In this document: in pieces, positions 12,331-25,662 of the stretch
How the letters are laid out: each line of letters begins with the position of its first letter
How positions within the stretch are numbered: the first letter of the stretch is position 1
From: Podarcis liolepis
Lineage: Eukaryota
Reading direction: 5' to 3' (one strand)
NCBI GenBank assembly: GCA_965112155.1
Contig: OZ218103.1
Length of the DNA: 64,000 nucleotides
Notes under the pieces: model-generated
Database searches by the model: none
Told to the model about the DNA's origin: nothing
Seen by the model: the letters and a program-made list of their open reading frames with translations, nothing else
Made by a program: the position numbers and the translations under genes

Positions 12331-12918
12331 GCTGTACGCAAAAGAATGGAAACATTCCCCCTCGTCGCAGCATAATCCACCACTGTTCTGACCCATCAAT
12401 TCTAGCACAGCAGTTTCCTCTACACCTTTCTCAAAAGGATTCTTCATGCTTCCTGGGTTGCCCTTTAGCACATCGGTTTCTCTATTCATTACCCAAATCC
12501 CTGAACATTTTCAAATCCAAATCTGTTGACATAACACAGAGTATACAGCTGTGCACCAGCAAAGGGATTGTCATAACTGAGTATCTATCTGGCAGGAGTT
12601 GGCATCATTGGGCATATGCTGCAGCCCACACTATACCAGGAGGTGCATTGCCACCTCCCACAGCCTCCTGGCCCTGCTTCTTTTTCCCTAGCTCCCTATT
12701 CTCCTTCAAACATGCAAACAGTAACAAGACTGAGGAACTGGAGCAGCACACTCCCCTTGCCACCTTCTCTCCCTCTGTGTGGTTGTGCAGACGGGACCCA
12801 GAGGGAGAGAGAAAGCAAATATGCAGTGGTTTAGAGAGCGCCTCCCACTGAAGGTACTCCAAAACCTAGAGCCAGCACTAATATCTGCCTACGGATTATT
12901 TTATTTTATTTTGGTCTA

Positions 12919-13165
12919 CAGTGGTACCTTGCAAGACGAATGCCTCGCAAGACGAAAAACGTGCAAGACGAAAGAGTTTTCCGTTTTTTGAGTCGTTCCG
13001 CAAGACGAATTTCCCTATGGTCTTGCGAGTTTGTTTCCTTTTTCTTAAAGCCGCTAAGCCGTTAATAGCCGCTAAGCCGCTAATAGCCGTGCTTCGCAAG
13101 ACGAAAAAACCGCAAGACGAAGAGACTCGCGGAACGGATTAATTTCGTCTTGCAAGGCACCACTG
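12919..13165. mobile_element. Tc1/mariner (Tigger/pogo-like) MITE
   Basis: TIRs CAGTGGTACCTTGCAAGACGAA / TTCGTCTTGCAAGGCACCACTG flanked by a TA TSD; internal GCAAGACGAA repeats; CpG-rich, so probably young. Confidence 0.9.
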
Positions 13166-13174
13166 TATATCTAG

Positions 13175-13650
13175 GACTGGGAACTGTTTTTTTCCTGGCA
13201 CACCAGATCTATGTCTGCCCTACCCTTTGAAGGCCAAATTCAATAAGTGGATGGAACTGCCTACATGTCAGTCACCTAGCATCCCAATGACATCAGGTGG
13301 TGAGCCTCTTTGAAGATGCACTCCCAGCACACCTTCAAAGTGGCTAGCTCCAGAAGCATGCAGCACTTTGCACTGAGACTGCTGCTAAAACAGAGGAGGT
13401 CCCCCCCCCCCCATTTCAGTAGTGGTTCCCTTTTCCTGCTCCAGTAAAGAAACAATCAGGAACTCACTTTAAGCTCCCAGTTGCTCCTTTGATGCTACAC
13501 CAGTGCCTGCCCCACACCTGGCACCACATATGATGTTAAATGTAGGGCAGGTGGCCGTGGTTGTCAGGAGCAGCCTGGCAGGCCGGCCGAATTGGGACCC
13601 CTGCTGGACCAAAATTGGCCCACCAGCTGGAGGCTCCCCACCCCAGCCTA
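13175..13650. mobile_element. Degraded non-autonomous DNA transposon (hAT-like)
   Basis: Ends GGACTGGGAACT... and ...GGCTCCCCACCCCAG resemble hAT MITE termini; strongly diverged. Confidence 0.3.
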
Positions 13651-16544
13651 TACTAATTGCCCTATTCAATCAATTACATATAACTAAATTGGGGACATAC
13701 ATAGTATCTTTTGCAGATATTTATTGGATAAAATAGTTGCTCTCAGTAAAACATTCCAAACACATACTTTACATTTCAAGCCACATTGCTTGAATCAAGA
13801 AGTACACAGAGATTGTTTGAAACAATGCTGCCAGCAATGAAACTCTTCCATAAGGGAGAGTTCCAATTAATATTTGATTTTTAAAATCCACATGTTTAAA
13901 CTGTGGTTAATGCATTTGATTAATCATGCCAATTAATGGAATAATGCTTTCAGCTCTGCTTTCAAGTTTTCCTTTCCTTTCCTTTTTTTTTAATGACACT
14001 AGAAAGACAACTTCTCACCAACCACACTTGTAATTGAAAATTACTTATCTGTAGTTTATGATGTGGCTCTCCTGTCATCAATGTTTCACATTTGACTGCT
14101 TCAATGAACTTTAATTTTATTATAGCAGACTGCTTTAAAAGAAAGAAAAAGAAAAATAGTAGTTGAATGTGTAGAACAAGTAGTACTTGAATGCACCTAT
14201 TTAAATATATGCAAATCTGCCTTTTATTCAAAAAATGCTGTTGACCTTGATGTTCCAGTGAAAGGAGTGTGAGTGGGGTACAGGGAATGCCCCCTTAGTT
14301 ACAATTATTTCACTTGAAGCTTTTGTGGTAACTGGAAGGTGTAACCGATTCTCACCGTCTGCAATGGCACAGGGCAAAGCGAGGAACAAGTAGCCGGAGC
14401 AGATGATCTTCCACTCCTTCCTGTAAGCACATTTTCCCTGTCCTCTTTTCCACTCTAGTTGGAAGAGCTCAAAATAGCTTTGGCATATGTGTGAAGACTT
14501 CACAAGCAGCGCTGCCTGAAAGAGACCAGTTGGCTAGTACAGCCAATGTTTGTGATTCACTTCAATGCAAGAAGGAGCCAGCACCACCATGTGTGTGCAT
14601 AAACAGGAGAAGCTCAGAGTGGGACAAGTCTGGCAAGTGTACTGAACATCTCCTGGCTTTAAGAATGGGCAAACCAAGCATGTACTCACATTACATGGGG
14701 GAGAAATGCCACAACACCAGGGGGAATGCCCACCATATACAACATGTGTTCAGCGTAGGAGGAAAAGGGAGAAACACTCAGCTAGAAAATATATAAAACA
14801 CACACACATAAGCCTCCCTGGAAACTCCACCAGTTGGGCACTATGCCAACAACAATATCAACATACCACTCATGCATGAAGGTAGCCAATTAACTCATGA
14901 TGATAAAGACATGCCCCCAGTACGTTTCCTGCATTGCCCCAGACACACAACACACACAACAAGAGCCTTATTCAGCCTGATCACCTGGAACTGCATGCAC
15001 AATAGGTGTTTGTAATGGACTGACAGAGAAGAGGAAGCAATGCCGCCTGGGTGCTCAGCCAGTGCTCATGCCCAGGATGGAGAGGAGGAGACTACAGTGA
15101 CAGAGGATACCTCCACCTTAAAAGTTGAAGTGAAACACTGTGCACGCAGCGGAAGTTTGTTCTGCTTCTGTAATCCTGCACAGCAAAGGTGTTGAAGAGT
15201 GGCCAAGCACTGACAAGGATATCACCCCCCCCCCAAAAAAAACCCTGTCTGCATAACATGGGGCCAGAGATATAGCCCCATGCTGCGTACCCTGTCATTT
15301 GAATTATGGTCTGCCCATGTGAGGATGCTGTGCTGCGGCTGGTTGTTGAGTTACACACCATACTCTAACTTTTTTGTGGTGGCTTGATGGTGGGGGCAGT
15401 CATCCATATAGGATGGCTGTTTTTCTTTTTTTCTTTTTTCAAAAAGAATTCCTATTGAAGTCAGCGAGAGAGGAATTTCAGCTCAAGGGTTGGGGTAGAG
15501 TTTATTTTTCTTTTCTTTTTAAAATTCTCCTTGCTCAGTGATTTGGTCTATTACGTACTCAAATTGCATGGTTATATTACCAAGTCCCCTTTTGCTTTGC
15601 GGTGCATTTGTCTGCATATTAAGAAAGAGGTTTCACTTGATATCATGGGTCTTCATTTCTTATCCCTTCACAAAGAAGTTGATTAAACGCACCGCTCTGC
15701 TTCAGAGCCCCTATGTTAGAAATATCCTCAATAATGACAGGCACATCCTTTTTCTGTTTCCCAGCTGTCAGTTCATCCTCACTGAGAATGTACAGAGAGC
15801 AAATTTCACTGTCAACAGGATCATAGCCAGGGACTGAAGAGGGACATAGGACCTCTGTGTGCTGCTTCTCCTCTCTCCTGCCCACGTCCCATTCATGACT
15901 CTTCTCCCTTTCAGCTGTTCCTTTGCTGGTGTAAGGGCTCCTCTGGCATATCTGAGGTGTTCTGCTAGTATATCTTGTTTTGTGTTAAAAAGGGTTAATT
16001 CAATAAGGGACACTGCACTCCTTAGAAAACTGAGCCTGATATTGTTAACCACGCAGGGATGATTTCATGGGAAGCAATTCATAAACAAAGTCAACCAGTA
16101 AATTACTTGTGTTTTCCAATCCCTCATGATTAACCCAGTTAAATTGTTAATCCTAGTCTGCCTCCCATGGCATGCATCACTCAATCTGGTGTTTAAAGAC
16201 TTGAACTCCCATCAGCCCCAGCCAACATGGCTAATGGCCAGAGATGGTACAAAACATCAGGAGGACACAAAGTTGGGAAAGGATGGCTTGCACCCAACTA
16301 CCTGTAAGAAGCAGATCCATTCTGCTGCTCTTCTGTCAAACTATGAGATTTCTGTGGCGAGGTGGCCTGCAATCCCTGAGCTAAACAGGAGAGGGCAGCC
16401 TTCGCACACAGTGAGGCAGTTGATAAGCAGAGTGGGTCAGTGGGGAGCAGGTGCTTCTCTCATTCCCTAGGTGACACTACTGGAGACTAGATTATCTTCC
16501 TCGAAACGCTTTCACTACTGCTGGGACCTGGAGCCTTTCTGGCC

Positions 16545-16685
16545 TCCTTGCATGCAGAATGTCCTGGGTTCAATCCTGGGATGTCCAAGTAGGGCTAGGA
16601 ATGCCCCCTGTCTGAAGCTCTGGACAGCCACTGCTGAAGTCATTGTAGACAATACTGCGTGAGATGTTCTGACTCAGCTTCCAGC
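16545..16685 (+). mobile_element. tRNA/CR1-tail SINE, truncated
   Basis: TGCATGCAGAATGTCCTGGGTTCAATCC...GTAGACAATACTG, homologous to the other copies in the window. Confidence 0.7.
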
Positions 16686-17816
16686 TCCATCCATTGCTCA
16701 GGACTCGTGAAAATCTGCCCGCTCCAGGCCTTGCTAATAAATGGGAGCATCAAAAGACTGACAGCTTCTCCTTGTAGTCAGCTCCAGAAATAAACACCAG
16801 TAATTACCAAGTACTAGAAATCACTTGATCAGTCTGTGGACGTTGTCAATGTCAGCACAGAGCAAAAAGCGGAGGTGTTTATTGAAATCGCTAAGGGGCG
16901 GGAGGCATGTTAGATTGTTAATCACTTTTCAGCCCCTGTTGATTATCCATGTGTTTGGGCCTGGCTTTCAGCAGATGGCATGGGGATTACATTAGTCACC
17001 TCTGTGGAGCAGCTATTCCTTCATCCCAATGTGACCATCACAAGTAGTCGTGGGGTGCCTCACTGCTCCCCTGTACTGGAATGAGAGAGATCTGGTTGTC
17101 ACATTACCTAAGCTCAACAGCTTTAAAGATCCAGCAGTCTAATGGGGATAATACCAGCCATTCAGAAGGAATAAAACCCTAAATATACTCCAAAACCCCT
17201 TGGGATTCTGTCCCAATGATGCCCAGCCTCTGATGCTGGACCCAGAAGCAATTTCCAGATTTGCTCTTCCCCCACATGCCAGACACTCTGGTTTACTAGT
17301 TCTGCACAGATCACAGTTCCTTTGGCACAAATGGCATTTAAATCTAACACTAGTAAAAATGTATGCCTTAGTAGCTAAATTTACTTCGTTGTAAAAACCA
17401 AGGTTTTGAGAAGGTCCAAAAATTGAATTAGAAGTGCGCAAATACAACTGGGTGCTCTTATCTAGGATCCCTAGGGTTTTCCTGGCCTCAGCATATGAAC
17501 CACTCACACTAAAATCTAATGCTTATGAGTTCCTGTCCAGCCAACCCCATTGAGCTGCAGCACAATTGGTAACTAGGATATCCATATAAGGTATCCCTAC
17601 TTCTTCCTGTATCTTTGCAGAGGGCTGAGCCATTAAGATCTTGAAATAATCTTTTGGCTTTTCAAGTTCCACTGTCATCCTGTCCATGCCATTGGCAATC
17701 AGTTTGAGTATGGCTAGGAATTACGGGCATCCTTCTGCAATTTGGATGCAAAGGGTGACAAAGAGAAACATGTGTTGTCTTGACTACTCTGGTCTTTTGT
17801 CTGTAGCAAGCTAGAT

Positions 17817-18060
17817 CAGAAACAACCAACATGGCATCCTCTAGATGTTGTTTGCATTCCACCTCCCATCAGCCCCAGCCAGCATAGGCAATAGTTAGAG
17901 ATGGTGAGAGTTGTAGTCCATCAACATCTTCCTGACTTGGATCATAGATCTATACCCTGTGCCCCTCCAGATATTGTTGGACTGCAACTCCCATCATCGA
18001 CCATTGACCATGCTGGCCGGGGCTGATGGCAACTGAGAGTCCATGGGTTCCTCATCCCTG
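17817..18060. mobile_element. Two adjacent degraded hAT MITE copies
   Basis: Two instances of the AGATGTTG...CTCCCATCA...GATGG core, at about 17817-17930 and 17955-18060. Confidence 0.65.
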
Positions 18061-19427
18061 AGTTAGAACATCACAATTTTTATTTCAGTCGGGTCAGCAC
18101 GAGACACCTGGCAAAATAATCAGCAAGAACTGGAAGAACTTTATAAATCACAGCAGGTCCTAGGAAAAGAGAAGAACAGATGGTTTTAAAAGCTTTTGGG
18201 TTAGTTTTGCCCTACAGCCTCAACTTGTTGCTGTTCCTTTCCACAAATGTGGCCTTACTTAGCAGCAGTTGGCAAGGGCTGAATGCTAGCCCCACGTGTG
18301 TCTTGGTTTTCTTGCCAGAAGCCCAGCATTTTGCTAAGGAGAGACAAACTGGGATTCCCTAACTCTGATTTTCTGGCTGAGATCCAGGGCAGCTGCTTTT
18401 AATACCTAAGGCCCCCACAACTGCTTTCTTCCATGGTCAGTTAAAGCCACCCACCCTCTGCAGTGTGACTGCTGCTTCAGAAAGCATGCCAGCACTGTCA
18501 TTGGAATGACAGAAGCAGGGGCACTCCCTTATCTGCAGCATCAGGACTTTGCAGTCACTACCAGAGCAATTAGCATCTAATTTAGAGTCTTTAGCTGCCA
18601 TAATCTGCCTCTCACGCTGATTTACTCAGAGCAGGGATAAGAAGGAGTTAGTAATGACCCCAGGGGGATAAGAAGGAACCTGTAGCCCAAGGGCTTTCAA
18701 TTCACATGGGCAACTAAGGGACTGTAGTGCCAGTTTCTCACTGCAGAGACCACAGGGTAAAGATGGACAGGGTATGCGCTGCCGAAACCAGACCCTTGCT
18801 TCCATCTGCGGAATCCCTTGGAGTTTGCTTTTCCCAAGAGACAAAGGATCCAGGAGTCCGGAATCCATTTGCTCCTGTCCAGCATGACAGCTTCCAGAAG
18901 GGGCCTTCCCTTTCATGCCTTTTGGTGTGGTTCATTTCCTGCTGCTCTCTATTTTTAAGCATACATCCCACAAGCCACCAATGGATCAGGCAGCACAATT
19001 TCAGAGAGTTCTGCATCACTGAAATATTTATCTAATTGCCCTTCTGCAGAGGAATCAAGGTCCTCTGTGGGCTATGGGAGTGTGGGGGAGGGAGCAGAGA
19101 GAGAGAGAGAGAGGACTCTGGTTTCCCTCGGGGAGCCTCAGTGGGAACATGGATGCAGGCTGAAGACCATCTGTTTGCACCAGCAGCCTCCAGCACACAG
19201 GCTGCTCCCACATGCTCTCTGGGTAGCGCCACTTTTAGCTTTGTCCTGGGGGGACACAACTAGTTCCCAGCATGAAGGCAACCAGCTATCAACACCAGCA
19301 CATATGGGAAAAGGAGACTGGGCTCTGAACTCCCTGGCATTCCTCCTTTCTACCCAGAACCAGCCACTGCTCCTCTGTAGCACAAGAGAGACTCTTACTG
19401 CTTCTTTCTGGAGTCTATTCCCACCCT

Positions 19428-19538
19428 CATAAAATCACAGAGTTGTAGAGTTGGAAGGGACCCTGAGGATCATCTAGTCCAACCTGCAACCTTGGCATTA
19501 CCAGCACTGCACTCTAACCAACTGAGCTATCCAGGCTG
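19428..19538 (-). mobile_element. Short SINE with tRNA head and CR1 3' tail
   Basis: CR1-type AGAGTTGGAAGGGACCCTGAGG...TCTAGTCCAACC joined to the antisense tRNA head CTCTAACCAACTGAGCTA. Confidence 0.7.
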
Positions 19539-20178
19539 TTCTCACATTCAAGACTCTCTTAGCAACCCTACTGTGCCAGGGGCTTGTCACTCAGATGGCT
19601 TCTCACAGATTTTGGGGGCCCATAGCAAACCCTTGTTCATACTATGTTGCCTTTCTAGGCCCAGACACCAGCAAGAAAAGTTTGCCTCAATGGGTTTGTG
19701 TGACCTGCAGGGGTATGTCATTTCACCTTCTCCAGCATCTCATTAGCAAGGCTCTGCGGTGTGTAGCCTATAAATGAAAATGGAGGAGTCTCTGAAGAGC
19801 TGTTATCTAACCCTAACTATGGGAACACCTTCCTAACTGAGAATCAGAGGTGATGCAAGGAACCAACCCTTTGGTCTCTCCTCAGACACACAGCTTCTTT
19901 CTTTCTTTCCTCAACCACCTGTTTCTTGATCCTCACTTCCATAGATCAGAGGAGTCATTTTGCCAGCAGGCAGTTTCCACACCACAAAGAGACCAACAGG
20001 TGACAGCAGCCATCAGATTCTCTATAAGTCATTCGATCATGCTTAGAAATCAGATTTCTATCAAATACTGATGAGAATTCCAACAACGGCAGGGATTTTG
20101 AGGCTGCAGAAATATAAAATGGTGGAGGAAGAGTGCAAAGTCTGGACCAGGCCTGAGAACTACCTACCTTTGCTAATA

Positions 20179-20436
20179 CAGTGGTACCTCGGGTTACATA
20201 CGCTTCAGGTTACATACGCTTCAGGTTACATACGCTTCAGGTTACAGAATCCGCTAACCCAGAAATAGTGCTTCAGGTTAAGCACTTTGCTTCAAGATGA
20301 GAACAGAAATCGTGCTCCGGCAGCGCGGCGGCAGCAGGAGGCCCCATTAGCTAAAGTGGTGCTTCAGGTTAAGAACAGTTTCAGGTTAAGTACGGACCTC
20401 TGGAACGAATTAAGTACTTAACCCGAGGTACCACTG
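20179..20436. mobile_element. Tc1/mariner (Tigger-like) MITE
   Basis: TIRs CAGTGGTACCTCGGGTTA / TAACCCGAGGTACCACTG, TA TSD on both sides, internal tandem TACGCTTCAGGTTACA x3. Confidence 0.92.
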
Positions 20437-20859
20437 TACCACTAGTGCATAGAGTGCATCCCAGTGCACTCTGCTTCTACCCCTCAGTACAGCTTAGCTT
20501 GCCCACTGGAAGCCAACTTCTTCTGAAGGAGGCAAAGGCTTGCAAGCATCCTGTTAGAGCTGGAGACCATTTGTCTCTGTCTAGTTGACACACTAGATGC
20601 ATTGCCTCCCTGTGTCCTGGTCAAACAATGTGTGAAACCTTTTTTTAAAATAAAAAAAAATAGGCATAACCTCCTAGAAAAAAAGAGAGCACATCACACT
20701 GGAAATCTGGCATTGATCAAGAGATAAGGCTAAGTCCATTCTCTAATGTAGGAGATGAAATATGCTGGCTGACATGAAGTCCCTAAGATGACTACATTTT
20801 TGTAGAGTGAGTAGCCTTGCTAACCTCTTCTTTTTCAAAAAAGGCTTAAATGAGGCATA

Positions 20860-21270
20860 AGATGAACCCTGTTGGATGAGGCCAAAAGCCCATCTTAGAC
20901 CAGCATTCCGGTAGACAACCAGGTGCCTATAAAAAGCTTAAAAGGAAATGAACACAATAGCACTCACCCATTTGCCACTGATAGCCTTATCCTTGATGAT
21001 TTTGTCTAACCGTATTTTATGGTAGAGAATTATAGCAATGGGCACCAGCCATGACAGCTTTCAAAGGGGAGTTAGACAAATTCATCGAGGATAAAGTAGA
21101 GAATTATATTGTTTTAACTGTGTGAATAAGTACTTTCCTTTTATTTGCCCTGAATCTTCCAACATTTTCATTAGATTGACCCAGGTTCTAGTATCATGAA
21201 AAGTCTCTATTTGCTCTCTCCCTAACCTTGTATACACGGTGCCCCTTACTCACATTTTTTCTGTAAACTG
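20860..21270 (-). mobile_element. CR1 LINE 3' fragment with an internal inverted insert
   Basis: GTTGGATGAGGCCAAAAGCCCATC..., GATAGCCTTATCC...TTGTCTAA and GTGTGAATAAGTACTTTCC, typical of antisense squamate CR1 3' ends. Confidence 0.7.
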
Positions 21271-22278
21271 ACCCCTCTAGTCGCTTGCTCCACCTCAACA
21301 CTAACACACAAGTGTGATACATCAATCAAGTGTGAGAGCAGTAACATAACAACAACAACAATTTTACAAAAATCACTAAATTATGACGGAGGGAGTTGGT
21401 CTGCCCATTTCCATTTGTGCCACAGGTGTTATCCATTAGGTGCCCACAAGTGATACTTGGCAGTGGCAACTGTACCATGCAAGGAAAGAACTGCATTTTC
21501 CCAGGTACAAGATGATGCATTCTGAATGCTCAGAAAATGTGATATCCCTGTATCAGAAGTGCTGGAAGAGAAAATGTTTGGATCCTGCATCACTACAGAT
21601 GAGTTACAACTCATGAAAAATCCAATTGTGTAGAAAAGGTCCTATAATTAGGTTTTTAAATGCTGTTTGCCTCCTGGGGTGCTAGACTGAAGCAAGCTGA
21701 TTATTCTCAAGCATGCACCTTGGTTCCTCAGAGCCAAGAAACTGCTAATATTTCTGACAACTCTCCACTTCTGCTGCAGAAGAAACCAAAACACAGGTTG
21801 TGATGGCCCAAGAGGACCTGCTTGCTGCTGAAGTGGTCTTGAATGTAGCTTTTCTGATGCCAAGATAAACAGCAGGAGGATCTCACTCATGTAATGGCAG
21901 GATGCAGAGGGATGTCTTGGATCCGGGCTGTAGATTCTGCTGCTCCAGCCCCAGCCCCTACAGTTAAAAGTATCCACTAGCAGCAGGCGTGGAAGTGTTC
22001 TGCCTGAGGCGTTGGAGAGCCACTGCCAAGGTAGGTAATACTAGGCTAGACAGACAAACGGTCTTGACAAAATATACAGCAATTTCCCATAGCATCAGCA
22101 CTGAAGGGCACATACAAAAACAACAACCAGCTATTAAAGAAGTGAGGAGGAGAGCTTTTGAAAGTTGCAGGGAGTACAAAATTCTGGTGGTAGGGAGGGA
22201 GGGACTTGTGCAAAGATATCACTGGCACATTTCAGTAGGTACTTGCAACACCAAACAAAATTTTCTTGCTTGCTGACT

Positions 22279-22286
22279 TATTATTA

Positions 22287-22337
<51 letters not shown>

Positions 22338-23015
22338 ACCCCGCCCATCTGGCTGGGCTTCCCCAGCCGCTCTGGGCAGCTTCCAGCAAAATATTAAAAT
22401 ACAATAATTCATTAAATATTAAAAGCTTCCCTAAACAGGGCTGCCTTCAGATGTCTTCTAAAAGTCAGATAGTTGTTTATTTCTTTGACATCTGGTGGGA
22501 GGGCATTCCACAGGTTGGACACCACTACTGAGAAGGCCCTCTGCCTGGTTCCCTGTAACTTCACTTCTTGCGATGAGGGAACCGCCAGAAGGCCCTCGCT
22601 GCTGGATCTCAGTGTCTGGGCAGAATGATGGGAGTGAAGACGCTCCTTCAGGTATACCGGGCCAAGGCCGTTTAGGGCTTTAAAGGTCAGCACCAACACT
22701 TTGAATTGTGCCCGGAAATGTACTGGGAGCCAATGTAGGTTTTTCAGGACCCAGTCACCAGTCTAGCTGCCGCATTCTGGATTAGTTGTAGTTTCCAGGT
22801 CACCTTCAAAGTTAGCCCCACGTAGAGCGCATTGCAGTAGTCCAAGCAGGAGATAACCAGAGCATGTACCACTCTGGCCAGACAGTCTGCGGCCAGGTAG
22901 GGTCTCAGCCTGCATACCAGCTGGAGCTGGTAGACAGCTGCCCTCGACACAGAATTGACCTGCGGGTCCATGCACAGCTGTGAGTTCAAAATGACTCCCA
23001 GGCTGCACACCTAGC
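22279..23015 (-). mobile_element. Young 5'-truncated L2 LINE 3' end with (TAA)n tail
   Basis: Minus-strand ORFs LDYCNALYVG...LQLIQNAAARLVTG and RAFSVV...LWNALP...FRRHLKAALF; (TTA)n at 22279-22335 on the + strand. Confidence 0.92.
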
Positions 23016-25662
23016 CCTTTGGATGCACAATAAACACAGTTGTTGTTGTTGTTGCTGCTGCTGTCAGCTGATTTTATATACTGCCCATACCTGGAGGTCT
23101 CAGTTGTCCAAAAAAACACAGCTAGCAGCTTTAACTGTGAGGAAATTGTGATGCTCTCACAACAGGAGAAGCATCTTGCAGGTCAACAGCAATCTGGCCT
23201 GTTGAGTTACTACAGCTCTGAAGTCCCTCTGAAGAAGTCACTGCGTCTGAGAAAGCCCACAATACAGAAGCCCATATAGGTTCTGCAGAGGGTAGGTAGC
23301 TGGCAGACCTCTGGATTGCACATGTTAAACTGTCACTTGCAAAAAATGTGTTTGTTCTAAATAAACTTTAAGTTAGGCAATGGTCTGTTTCCATTTTGCA
23401 TAATTTTAAACAAGAGGGTCAGCCCCTACCATAGGCAGAGAGAGGCAACTAGCTCAGACGACAGATACTGAGGGCTGAGGAGCAGCATGAGATTGGAGGA
23501 CAGAAATCTGTGTGCCTCATGGGCTGACCTGGGCTGCCCAAGCTAACCTGCTGCCCACAGGTGCAGCTGGGAACACCTGTCTGATTGACTTCTGTATGTA
23601 CAATGTAAGATTGCACAACTATTATAGTAGTATTAGAGCAGTAGCTTCCCCCCAAATATGCCATTCCTCACCTCCTCCCCATGCTGTGACACACTGAGGG
23701 TCCTCATCATTGTGCCAACCTGCAGCTCACCCTTCTGAACATGCAAACGCTGTCATCCTGCACCCATGATGGAGAACTCTGTGCAGTCATTTATATGCAC
23801 AGACTCGAGGAAAAGCCGGTAATTAATGAAGCCCCTTTCATTACTATTATGCAAATGTGATTAATTTCAGCTGTTATGAATATGCAAATATTACAATTAT
23901 GATCTAATTACCAGCACTTGTGGTGGGGAACAGGAAAATGATAAAAAGCAGCCAAAGCACCCCAGCAGTGCCAGGTGGGACTAGTGGGTGGCAGGTCAGG
24001 GGGCACCAGATAGCTGGCAGAGAGAGCAGGAGAAGAAGCAGGACAGCTAGTCAGCAAATGGGATGCATGAGCACGACCAACACAGGGCTTGGGGAGGGAA
24101 GCATGCTCCTTAACCTTGTGAGTCGCCTTTGTGCCCTTCACTGCATTTGTCATCCATCTGGACACATAAAACAACTTCTGTGTGTGCACTGTAGCTATGG
24201 GAAGATGGGATGTAACCAGCAGAGTGGGGATTGTAGGACAGAATGAGCTGCCTTGAAGGATGGGGCTTAAGGCCACACAGGATATCACATTTTTTAAAAT
24301 TGACTCTGCTGCACCCCTAGATGCAGAAATTAAGTGTTTCCCACCCCATCACTTTCTTTCCATGTCAGGAAAAGACCCACATGCCAGATTGCTGTGCATC
24401 AGTCTGCACAAGAATCACAAAGCAGGAGAAAAGATGGGAAAGATCCACTATTAGTCCCACAGCCAGCATTATGGGGGAAAGTATGGAAACAGAGCAAGAC
24501 CTGACGGAAGACTGAGAGGGGCAGAGTCAAGTGGGAGAGCCCAACCTTCTGTTGCAAGAGACAAGAAGGATCTTTGCTCAGAGGATTCCCCTTGGCATAG
24601 CCCTTGCGTGGGCCCTGTCCAACTGATGGCTGGCCGAGTGCTAAGAGCAACTGAATCCATGCCACAAGGAATGACTAAAGCAATTCTGATGGGGAAAGGA
24701 AAGGACTGGGACAAGATTCATGCAATTAGCAATTAGTTGGATGGTTTCTTTCCAAACAGAAAGTTGCAGATACAGGGGGCTCATTTCACATCAGGTGTGA
24801 GGAATAGGGGTGCTTTGCCCTCTCCAGTATCTGGATTGGGGGGTTCACACCTGCTTTTATAGGGGTGGAGGAAGCTCCCATTGGCTCAGGTTAGTGTTAA
24901 TCATACTGCTGTACTGACATCTCCCAAACTCCCAAATTTGCCCTCTCCCAAATTGCTCAGCAATAGGCTCCGTCCCTTGTGAGCCCCTTCCTAGACCCCT
25001 GGAATTGCACGTGGGCTGGGTGGAGCAGTGCAATCATTTGCCTCCGTAGAGTTGCCTGGTGTGCATGCCACATGCGGCTTACAGCAGCAGCAGCCCATAT
25101 TTTATTTATAGACGCATAATTAGTGTTTTCCCTGGGAGAGGCAGAAGCTAAACATTGCTCATTAGAAGGGCTGAGCCTGGCATAGGCAAGTGCAGCTACA
25201 TGCTGGCAGAGCAGTTAGGGGCCAATCAGAGAGCGGCTCCCAGAAGAGTCCAGCCTGGGCAGTGAGGGCAAGCTCAGGGATGAGAGCTGTGTTTTCTCCA
25301 TCATAACTAGCAGCCATGCAAAAGAGCTACATTCCTAATATACTAGAATATGATGCACTGACTCAGATAAGGAGCAGGAGGAATTTCTAAAGAGATCCAT
25401 CCCTTCTGCCTTGGTTACATAACGGCAAGTCCAGATCTGCTGCCAAGTGCACCCTCAACAAGGAGCTGCAACCCATTACAGCTCCCTGCAGAAGGGGGCC
25501 TATGCATGCGTTTCTTGCATTCATCATATACATTTTGGGATGTACACTTGAACCATCTTTCGTGTACACCTAAATATGTGATGCGTCAAATGGCTCAGGA
25601 TATCTGCATCACCACAGCTGCGCAGAACAAAATCTATCTGTCAGCACAGAATTGGTAGCAAC

